The notes under the pieces were generated by a model. That model was not told the DNA's origin. It searched no databases and saw only the letters and a program-made list of their open reading frames with translations. Of a DNA stretch of 64,000 nt, positions 1 to 7,439 are shown one piece after another; positions within the stretch are counted from its first letter, which is position 1, and the number at the start of each line of letters is the position of its first letter. Origin of the DNA: a virus; IMG/VR virus record IMGVR_UViG_3300030333_004348, positions 4,137 to 68,136 of that record; one strand, given 5' to 3'. The translations under genes were made by a program, and so were the position numbers.

Positions 1-117
1 CCTAACAGAGGTAAAGGGGGTTTATGCTCAAAAGCTAATTGCACAAATGTACACCATGCAGGCGGTTTATGTCAAAAGCATTATAATCGATCCCGTTACC
101 ACAAAACAAAGACATAA
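1..117 (+). CDS. 3' end of a truncated ORF with a C-x4-C-x9-C-x2-H zinc-binding motif
   Basis: Frame 1 reads PNRGKGGLCSKANCTNVHHAGGLCQKHYNRSRYHKTKT*. The ..GLCxxHY motif is common in small phage zinc-finger and HNH-associated proteins. Start lies outside the window. Confidence 0.55.
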   Translation, partial: PNRGKGGLCSKANCTNVHHAGGLCQKHYNRSRYHKTKT

Positions 118-119
118 CT

Positions 120-590
120 ATGATAGTGGTATTACATTATGCAGACGGTGATTTTAATGCAATTCACTATGAACGTAAGAGGTTAGAGACTTACTTATCA
201 CAGCAGATAAAAAGCACAACCTATTTAGACAAGATGGATTACATTAGAATAGAATATGAAATGCATCATGAATTAGTTATTCCAAAAGGAATTAAAGTAA
301 ATAGATTTTTGAGAAATAGATTTGATGCCTACACAGGCAGCGATGGAGGGTTAATAAGTATTCCTTGTACTATTCTTCAAATTGTAGAAGATGAAGAAAA
401 ACAAATGAATAACGCAGACCCTACAACAATAGTATACAAGGATATCATAGTATATCCATTAAAGGTGGAAAGACAATTAATAAGATTATTCGAGATATCA
501 AGAAATGCCATATTTAAGAAGAGAGAAACTAAACCGAAGCCCAAAAGGGGTAGACGGCGACCACAAGGTAGGAAGAAGCGAAAGCGCTAA
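120..590 (+). CDS. hypothetical protein with basic C-terminal tail
   Basis: 156-aa ORF ending in a K/R-rich stretch; no recognised family. Confidence 0.55.
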   Translation: MIVVLHYADGDFNAIHYERKRLETYLSQQIKSTTYLDKMDYIRIEYEMHHELVIPKGIKVNRFLRNRFDAYTGSDGGLISIPCTILQIVEDEEKQMNNADPTTIVYKDIIVYPLKVERQLIRLFEISRNAIFKKRETKPKPKRGRRRPQGRKKRKR

Positions 591-1623
591 ACCTACCCCT
601 ACGTCTGCTACATCCGATACTGCTTTAATTGAAAGTATTTATGACGACGAAGTCAGATTAAATATGTTAGAAATGGCTGAGAAAAAAGTTTTAGAGCTAG
701 AAGATTTAGCAGAAAATGCATTAGGTGAAATTAATTTACTTATAGATCCTGATAAAAACTTTCCTCTAGTCAAAGCAATATCTACTTTAAAGGGAGAACC
801 AACTCTAGTACTAGATGGAGAGATTATACAAATGGCGGCAGATTTATCCATGGATGGCTTTACGCATATGAATGGATTTGATCCAGTAGCAGCTATGCTA
901 GGAGTACACGGAGGTGAAGATAAACCAGATGTGCCTGTTCCGAGATTGTTTATGGATTGTGAAGAAATGGCTGCATTGGGTAATATTCCTTCGCCTGGAG
1001 ATGAAGATTATGAAACTCAATCAGTAGAAGATGTACATGTTGAAGTAGAGCAAGTAAAAGCTATGGATATTTATACTAAATTATGGAAATTATTTAAATA
1101 TTTTCCAGGAGTTGATATTAGAAGTTTTCTTAAAAAAATTAGGAATAGATGGACTAAGCGCCCAGTTAATAGAGCAATTAGATGGGTTGAATGTCGAATG
1201 ATTAATCCAGGATTGTTTTTATTAACAGGTGAAGCAAGGTCATGTAAACCAGGAGATGATGCAGACGAAATGCCTGATCCTGGAGAAATTTACAATTTAA
1301 CTGAAGAAGACTTAGAAGGAACTGGTTTAGATTGTATGGAAGCAGCTGGTATGGTTGGGCAGTATTTAAGTAGAAATATGGATGGGGACAAAGCTATAGG
1401 TTTAATGTATTCTGCTATGGAAGAAAGAGCAATGCACGAAGCTAAAAAGTTTGGTCAGTTATCTATTAATATAAAAAATAAAAATAGATTTAAAGATAGA
1501 ATAGATAATCTATATGAAACGACAAAAAATAAACCTAGATACAAAAAAAGATTCTATGATCACAAAGATAGCTTTATTCCAACAGTAGGTAACACTAATA
1601 TAATGATGAAGGCAGATATATAA
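505..1623 (+). CDS. hypothetical protein (true start possibly downstream of 505)
   Basis: 372-aa acidic ORF overlapping the previous gene; its stop is coupled to the next ATG. Confidence 0.6.
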   Translation: MPYLRREKLNRSPKGVDGDHKVGRSESAKPTPTSATSDTALIESIYDDEVRLNMLEMAEKKVLELEDLAENALGEINLLIDPDKNFPLVKAISTLKGEPTLVLDGEIIQMAADLSMDGFTHMNGFDPVAAMLGVHGGEDKPDVPVPRLFMDCEEMAALGNIPSPGDEDYETQSVEDVHVEVEQVKAMDIYTKLWKLFKYFPGVDIRSFLKKIRNRWTKRPVNRAIRWVECRMINPGLFLLTGEARSCKPGDDADEMPDPGEIYNLTEEDLEGTGLDCMEAAGMVGQYLSRNMDGDKAIGLMYSAMEERAMHEAKKFGQLSINIKNKNRFKDRIDNLYETTKNKPRYKKRFYDHKDSFIPTVGNTNIMMKADI

Positions 1624-1904
1624 TGGATTACGATACACTATACAAACATGAAATCTATTTAGGCGATTATAGAATTGATTGGTCTGATCAAAAAATTACA
1701 GTAACGTGTGGCTGTGCGCATGCTCCAGATTTAGAAATATTTTCAGATACTCCTACAGTATGTCCGTACTGTAGTAGAAGATATTCTATATTAGAACTAA
1801 TTAAAATAGAAGTTCCATCCGATTTAGAAGATTATGAAACTCCTAGAGAAGATATATCCGTACAAGAAATTATAAATGAGGATAGAAGAAGGAGAGATAT
1901 ATAA
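1623..1904 (+). CDS. small zinc-ribbon protein
   Basis: CGC...CPYC cysteine pairs in a 93-aa ORF; TAATG coupling at both ends. Confidence 0.6.
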   Translation: MDYDTLYKHEIYLGDYRIDWSDQKITVTCGCAHAPDLEIFSDTPTVCPYCSRRYSILELIKIEVPSDLEDYETPREDISVQEIINEDRRRRDI

Positions 1905-2353
1905 TGGGTTTTATGCTTGATCAACTTAGAAAAAAGTTAAAGAAAAAACAAGAAGCTAATAATGCTGCAAAAGCATTTAAAAGAATTCCTAGAAAAGATA
2001 TTACATTTTTACCGTCAGACTCAAGTGCTGCTCAGATTACGGAGTTTGTAAATAATAGAACTGTGCAGTTAATTACTTCTGTAGGAGGAGAAGATAGATT
2101 CGTAGAAGGAGATTTTTCTGTAGATTACATTGATAGAACTAGTGAAAAAGATTATAAAAGAGAAGAAACACATACTTTAGAAGCCAATATAGCAAAGCAA
2201 AATACCGGAGGATGGGGCAACAATAACGAGGAACGAGATTGGGAAACTAAAAGTGTTGAAATAAATTCAAATATAAAAGAAGGACTAGATATCAATGCTT
2301 TACAATTTTATATGATTATTATAGAATTCACAGAACTAAAAGAAATAAATTAA
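1904..2353 (+). CDS. hypothetical protein
   Basis: 149-aa ORF, TAATG-coupled. Confidence 0.55.
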   Translation: MGFMLDQLRKKLKKKQEANNAAKAFKRIPRKDITFLPSDSSAAQITEFVNNRTVQLITSVGGEDRFVEGDFSVDYIDRTSEKDYKREETHTLEANIAKQNTGGWGNNNEERDWETKSVEINSNIKEGLDINALQFYMIIIEFTELKEIN

Positions 2354-2382
2354 TAATATTAACAAAAAACCAAGGAGTTTAA

Positions 2383-2982
2383 ATGAATAGATTAATCTAT
2401 GTAACAGAAGATATAAGATCTACTAGCGGTGCCTTTCAAAAAGACGATTCTTTAATTAGAAGAATTACCGATGATATAATATACTTAAACCTTATTTCGA
2501 CAAAGGATCCAATACACGTATTAGTAGATACTGATGGTGGTAATCTAAAAACTGCATTAGCCATATATGATGTACTTTTATCTTCTCAGGCCCCTATTTA
2601 TACTTATGGTTTATCTGAAGTAAGCTCTGCAGGTGTTTTAATTTTTATAGCAGGAAAGAAAAGATTTGCTTTTAAGCATACTCAGTTTATGACTCATGAA
2701 AGCTCCTTAGCAGTATCAGGTAGTAAAAAAGATTTTGAATCTACTTCAGCACAATGCTTAGAACAAAATGCTCAAGTTGAAAAACTATTTAAAGAAAAGA
2801 TAAAAATGGGTGCAAGAAACTTTAAAAAATTACATACTGTTAGTACGTTTATGTGGGCTGAAGAAGCTAAAAAATATAAAATAGTAACAGAGATTATGAA
2901 ACAAATACCAGACTGTTTGATAGCTGGATCAATTGAGTTTGCAATGGAACCTGTAGCACTTGAGATGAAAAGTGATAAATAA
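2383..2982 (+). CDS. clpP: ClpP-like protease subunit (peptidase S14 fold)
   Basis: ClpP-like motifs: DTDGG (cf. NSPGG), AIYD, VSSAG (catalytic Ser), FMTHE (catalytic His), FMWAEEAKKY (cf. FMSAEEAxxY). AGGAG SD upstream. Confidence 0.8.
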   Translation: MNRLIYVTEDIRSTSGAFQKDDSLIRRITDDIIYLNLISTKDPIHVLVDTDGGNLKTALAIYDVLLSSQAPIYTYGLSEVSSAGVLIFIAGKKRFAFKHTQFMTHESSLAVSGSKKDFESTSAQCLEQNAQVEKLFKEKIKMGARNFKKLHTVSTFMWAEEAKKYKIVTEIMKQIPDCLIAGSIEFAMEPVALEMKSDK

Positions 2983-3316
2983 ATATATTATATATACTAT
3001 TATTGTATTTTTTATTAGTAATATACTTATATGGTACCAAGTTAATAGTCAGTTAGTATGGGACTGGGCAAAAAGCAGTAAGTCTATGTGGTTTATGGCT
3101 CTTATGGGGGTACCTATAAGTCTCCTATTTTGGTTTGGTACCAAATGGGGTTATCAGGGTTTTGGTAACTTATGGGCTGTTAGGTTTATGGGCTTTGCAA
3201 CTTCAATGCTTGTATTTCCTATAATGACTTACTTATATTTAGGGGAAGCTGTAACACTAAAAACTGCAATTACAATAGGATTAGCTGTCGTAATAATGAT
3301 ACTGCAATTTATTTAA
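2972..3316 (+). CDS. small four-helix membrane protein
   Basis: 114 aa with four hydrophobic segments; size and topology resemble SMR/DMT-type proteins (inference). Confidence 0.6.
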   Translation: MINKYIIYTIIVFFISNILIWYQVNSQLVWDWAKSSKSMWFMALMGVPISLLFWFGTKWGYQGFGNLWAVRFMGFATSMLVFPIMTYLYLGEAVTLKTAITIGLAVVIMILQFI

Positions 3317-3323
3317 GGAGCAC

Positions 3324-3698
3324 ATGATGCAAAAAGTAGAATCTATAGAAGAATTACCACATCCAGTTAGGGCAATGGCTAGAAACTTTTTAGAAAGTGA
3401 CATTAATGAGCCAGAGATATATGAGGTGGTAGTAGACGAGTATGATGTTTTAGCAAGTAATCAAGACGTAGTTACTCAACTACTATATTGGAGAACAGAA
3501 AAAAAGTTTTACGCTGTATTAGCGGGGGATGCTGAACGAAAGATAGTATCTGATATAATTTATCATGACCCATTTAAAGTTAAAAGATCAATACTAGCAT
3601 TTTATGAAGTGGATTCAGCGGCTATAAAACTCTGGCAAAGTAAGTATAAAAAGAAATCACTAAATGAAGACATACTGGAGTTTAATGAAGAAAGTTAA
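3324..3698 (+). CDS. hypothetical protein
   Basis: 124-aa ORF with AAGGAG SD. Confidence 0.6.
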   Translation: MMQKVESIEELPHPVRAMARNFLESDINEPEIYEVVVDEYDVLASNQDVVTQLLYWRTEKKFYAVLAGDAERKIVSDIIYHDPFKVKRSILAFYEVDSAAIKLWQSKYKKKSLNEDILEFNEES

Positions 3699-3921
3699 AG
3701 ATATTAATTTAAATGCTTATAAGCCTTTTCGAAAAAAAATCTGTAAGTTAATAGATAAAGACTTACTCTCTGAAAAAACTTTAAAACAGAAGGAAATGAA
3801 TATTTTTGTTAAATTATATCGCAGTAATGGACGCAATTGCACGTATCTGTTAGCTTTATGCAAAGCTATACATAAAACTAATCCTAAACTTTATGAAAGA
3901 TTAGGGCAATTAAAAGGGTAA
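3664..3921 (+). CDS. hypothetical basic protein (start probably ATG 3685)
   Basis: 85-aa ORF; GGAG lies upstream of the internal ATG at 3685. Confidence 0.5.
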   Translation: MKTYWSLMKKVKDINLNAYKPFRKKICKLIDKDLLSEKTLKQKEMNIFVKLYRSNGRNCTYLLALCKAIHKTNPKLYERLGQLKG

Positions 3922-3922
3922 T

Positions 3923-4741
3923 ATGGGGAAAGAATCTGACATAACTAATAGGAACAACTATATTCCAGAAAAGCTTAGTCAAGCTCTTTCTAAGATAGAG
4001 CCTGATGAAAAGGTAAGATTATCAACTCTTCCAGCTGTTCCGGAGATAAGTAAAATATTATCTGCTTATCCCGATAAGATGAGAGATAAACTTGAGTTGT
4101 CCAGAGAACAAGTAGAGACATTAATTAAGAATGCTCAGATATCTACTTTTGGAGTAAACAACACTCTGCCAATGGTTTGTCAAAATGATGAGTGTCCTTT
4201 TTCTTCTATTTGTTCTTTTTATAAAATGGGTATTGCTCCGAAAGGAGAAAGATGTCCCGAAGAAATATTATATTTAGATGCAATGGTTCCTCAGTTAATA
4301 ACTGATATGGGTGTTGACTTGGAAAATTATTTAGAAATAAATATGGTACAAGAATATGCAGCTACGTTACTAGACGAAAGAAGAGCTAGAAATATGATAG
4401 CAATGGAAGGCGATGTGAAAGAAGTTGCTACTTCAGTTGTACAAGCTACAGGAACTGTTCTATATCAGGAGCAAATTACTCCATATGTAGATATTAAAGA
4501 AAAAGCATCTAAAAGATTAAGCTTAATTAGAAAAGAATTATTAGCTACAAGAGAGCAAAGAGCTAAATATAAACTATCAGATGATAGTGATCCATCGACA
4601 AGAGCGGCTGAAATGAGAGAAAAATTTGAGATTTTAAAAAGCAGAGAAGATGAAAAAAGAAATAATCAAAAAAAGAATTTAGATCAAGCGTTTCAAGAAG
4701 ATGTTAAAATATTAGGTAACGGAGAAAACAATGGCGATTAA
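3923..4741 (+). CDS. hypothetical protein with Cys cluster and coiled coil; possible terminase small subunit
   Basis: CQNDECPFSSIC...RCPEE cluster and helical C-terminus, upstream of the terminase large subunit. Function is inferred from position only. Confidence 0.4.
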   Translation: MGKESDITNRNNYIPEKLSQALSKIEPDEKVRLSTLPAVPEISKILSAYPDKMRDKLELSREQVETLIKNAQISTFGVNNTLPMVCQNDECPFSSICSFYKMGIAPKGERCPEEILYLDAMVPQLITDMGVDLENYLEINMVQEYAATLLDERRARNMIAMEGDVKEVATSVVQATGTVLYQEQITPYVDIKEKASKRLSLIRKELLATREQRAKYKLSDDSDPSTRAAEMREKFEILKSREDEKRNNQKKNLDQAFQEDVKILGNGENNGD

Positions 4742-5468
4742 ACAAGTAGCACAAGGTGTAGGAAGCGTATTTCGTACAATGTGGCAAAACAAGGGAGTAA
4801 CTCTGGGAATTACTGGAATTGGAGCTGCTGCTACTTTGCATGGGGCTCAGCAATTTACAAAAACAGGTTTAAACATACCAATGGGTCCTGATCAGACTAA
4901 TCCCTTTAATCCACAAAATTTTAAGAATGCTTCTTTTACTGAAAGACAGTCTGCAGTCGCCTCTTTAGGTATGTTTAATCATATGGCAGGAGGAGGGAGT
5001 GCTTTCTCTGCAGGTATGGGAGCTATGAAAGGGATGGCTGATTACAATGTGGCTAGAGCAAAGGATATATATGCTACATCAGGACTACCTGGACAAGCAA
5101 CTACAGAAGCTGGAGCTGCTGCTAGATGGGGAATGAAAGCAGGAGCAATAGCAGGAGGAATAGCAGGATTAGCAGTTGGAGGTCTAACAGGTATGGGTGC
5201 AGTAAGAGGTATGTTAAGTTTTGCAGGTCTGGGTGCAGTAACTGGGGGCTATAACGCTAGAAAGGTTTCTTTACAGGTTATGGAATCATTTAATCAAGCT
5301 AAAAAAAGTTCTTTAAATAGAAATAGAATGTCTAATAGGGCTAGAACAGGTGGTACTGGTTTTAGAAGCTGGACTAAAGGTTCTAGAATGGGAAGACCTG
5401 GCCATTTAGGGATGGATGGAACAGTCCCTTTTTCAATGCACAAAGCTCGACATAGGAGTACTATTTAA
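4731..5468 (+). CDS. Gly/Ala-rich putative virion internal or membrane-active protein
   Basis: Glycine-zipper-like hydrophobic stretches (GAIAGGIAGLAVGGLTG) and a basic C-terminus. Confidence 0.5.
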   Translation: MAIKQVAQGVGSVFRTMWQNKGVTLGITGIGAAATLHGAQQFTKTGLNIPMGPDQTNPFNPQNFKNASFTERQSAVASLGMFNHMAGGGSAFSAGMGAMKGMADYNVARAKDIYATSGLPGQATTEAGAAARWGMKAGAIAGGIAGLAVGGLTGMGAVRGMLSFAGLGAVTGGYNARKVSLQVMESFNQAKKSSLNRNRMSNRARTGGTGFRSWTKGSRMGRPGHLGMDGTVPFSMHKARHRSTI

Positions 5469-6523
5469 TGCCAGCAGGAGTTGGATACGGAGCAAACACC
5501 TTTCAAGCTACATTTGGTGCCAGTGCAATAGCTAGTTCACTATATGGTGGAGCTAACTGGGGTACCGGACAAGCTACAGGTGTAAACCCTTTAACTGGAA
5601 TTACACCTTTTCCTTGGGAGGGTGCATTATTGGCTTCCTTTATAGGTAATCCATTTAGAGCAGCAGGAAATATAATCTCTGGAATTAGAGGTGGACATAT
5701 GAAGCCGCCTGCCGTAAAACCAACCTGGGCTAATACAGATTTTGGATTTGGTAGAGCTTTCGATGGTTGGATGGGAGGTAGAAGTGGTCCAGGTTATCAT
5801 GGAAGAAGTACATATCATGGACCACTAGGTTGGAAAACTCTATTGTTAGGAGTAGATAGCGGAGGTATCTGGGCAAAAATGTCTATAGGTAATGTTGGTC
5901 TATCCGCGGTAGAATTAGCTGCAAATGCATTTGGAGGTATAACAGGTATAGATTCTCCTCTAGTTAACAAATTAGCAAACGCAAGAAAACTTGGAATTGC
6001 AGGTATGGCTAATATAGGAGATGGGAAAAATATAGGAATGAGAGGCCACGGTATGAACAATACATGGCTTTATGAAATAGCAGGCGTTGATCCTGAAAAT
6101 ATTGGAGTTACTTCAGCAAGAAAGGCAGGAATCAGAGGTGGAGGATTTAAAAAAGCTCCAATGGTAACTAGATCAGCCGCAAGAAAAGGTATTGAATTAG
6201 TTGGCCAATCGGTAGGAGCTAGAGCTTTTCAAGTAGCATCCGGTACATTCTCTTTATACGCATGGTACGCAACTTTTAGAGATATTAGTTCTTTTGCAGG
6301 AACTATAGCTGCAGAAGGAGTTGGATCAGCAGCTAGAGCTTTATTTGATTATACAGCAGAACTAAGAAAACATGAATTTGGACATGGCAGACTGCCTGGA
6401 GCAATGTCTTCATCAGCGGCTGCAACAGAAAGACAACGAGCTATAAGAGCTAGTTATAATAATAAAATTAACCCAAGTGGTAGAATGTATGGCAATGAAG
6501 CTATGTATCACCACTCAAGATAA
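5468..6523 (+). CDS. Gly/Ala-rich putative virion internal protein
   Basis: 351 aa, very Gly-rich, TAATG-coupled to the previous gene. Confidence 0.5.
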   Translation: MPAGVGYGANTFQATFGASAIASSLYGGANWGTGQATGVNPLTGITPFPWEGALLASFIGNPFRAAGNIISGIRGGHMKPPAVKPTWANTDFGFGRAFDGWMGGRSGPGYHGRSTYHGPLGWKTLLLGVDSGGIWAKMSIGNVGLSAVELAANAFGGITGIDSPLVNKLANARKLGIAGMANIGDGKNIGMRGHGMNNTWLYEIAGVDPENIGVTSARKAGIRGGGFKKAPMVTRSAARKGIELVGQSVGARAFQVASGTFSLYAWYATFRDISSFAGTIAAEGVGSAARALFDYTAELRKHEFGHGRLPGAMSSSAAATERQRAIRASYNNKINPSGRMYGNEAMYHHSR

Positions 6524-6531
6524 GGAGTATA

Positions 6532-6708
6532 ATGGTAGTAGTTAAACCGAAGTATAAAGACGAGCCTTTTGAGCAAATGCTACGAAGATTTAAAAAGAAA
6601 GTAGATGCTTCAGGAGTCATTAAAGAGATTTACTATAGAAAATATTATAGAAAACCAAGCCTCGCTAAGAAGGAAGGTAAACCATCTCAATGGCCTCGAA
6701 AAAAATAA
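6532..6708 (+). CDS. rpsU: 30S ribosomal protein bS21 (phage-encoded)
   Basis: Not in the ORF track. Manual translation: MVVVKPKYKDEPFEQMLRRFKKKVDASGVIKEIYYRKYYRKPSLAKKEGKPSQWPRKK* (58 aa). Matches the bS21 pattern E.FE..LRRFKK.V...G...E...R..Y.KPS. TAAGGAG SD directly upstream. Confidence 0.9.
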   Translation: MVVVKPKYKDEPFEQMLRRFKKKVDASGVIKEIYYRKYYRKPSLAKKEGKPSQWPRKK

Positions 6709-7439
6709 TAATAGGATCTAATCAGTTACTAATAACAGATAGTGGAGAAATAATAAAAGCAAAAAAATTATTAGACCGCTTCTATAATCTTATTCAATGG
6801 GATAAGAGTTATTCTTCAGTTAAGATTAAAAACTGCAATAAGAAAACAAGTAAATTATATAAAATAGGAGGAGCGCAAGGTAGGACTTTAACTTGTGGAG
6901 ATAATATAAGTTTGCCTGACATAAACGGAGCTTCAGTAACTATTTCTTCTTTTTTAAATAATATGTATCAAACTAATGTTCTAAGATACTATCCACTTTT
7001 TGGTAATAAAAATCTAAGTGATACAGATATAGACCTACTTGCAGCTTCCCTAAGTAATATCCAAAACAAAAGACCTAATGCATATTTAAATCAACCAATT
7101 CCTTTATATTTGTCTAAATTAGATAAAATAAGTTTATCGAAAATAATAAAAAGAATGTTTCTAAAGGGATATATTAAGCATTTAGATCAGACTAGCAAAG
7201 ACTTATTAATAATACTATTGGGTAGATTAGGAATTTATTTTGATGCTCAAGCAAAACAAAGCTCGGATAATATAACTGGTAGTATTAAATTATGTGAGTC
7301 TAAACTAGGTGTAAACTTACAAAAAACTAAAAAAGAAAATGTTCGTTTGCTAAACATAGTAGAAGAAGAAGGTATAGAAATAACTTTTGAAAATAATGTA
7401 AAACCAGTACTAGGTAGTTTTTTATGTCAAATAAATTAA
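6690..7439 (+). CDS. degenerate free-standing intein/Hint-like protein
   Basis: Block-A-like IIGSNQLLITDSGEIIKAKKL, block-B-like LYKIGGAQGRTLTC, LAGLIDADG-associated SKDLLIILLGRLGI, and F/G-like GIEITFENNVKPVLGSFLCQIN at the C-terminus. Cys1 and the His residues are absent. Confidence 0.5.
   Translation: MASKKIIIGSNQLLITDSGEIIKAKKLLDRFYNLIQWDKSYSSVKIKNCNKKTSKLYKIGGAQGRTLTCGDNISLPDINGASVTISSFLNNMYQTNVLRYYPLFGNKNLSDTDIDLLAASLSNIQNKRPNAYLNQPIPLYLSKLDKISLSKIIKRMFLKGYIKHLDQTSKDLLIILLGRLGIYFDAQAKQSSDNITGSIKLCESKLGVNLQKTKKENVRLLNIVEEEGIEITFENNVKPVLGSFLCQIN

Noticed and set aside
138-155. YADGDF in the 120-590 ORF as an RNA polymerase catalytic motif
   Set aside because: Lacks the first Asp of DxDGD and any barrel context; the protein is too small
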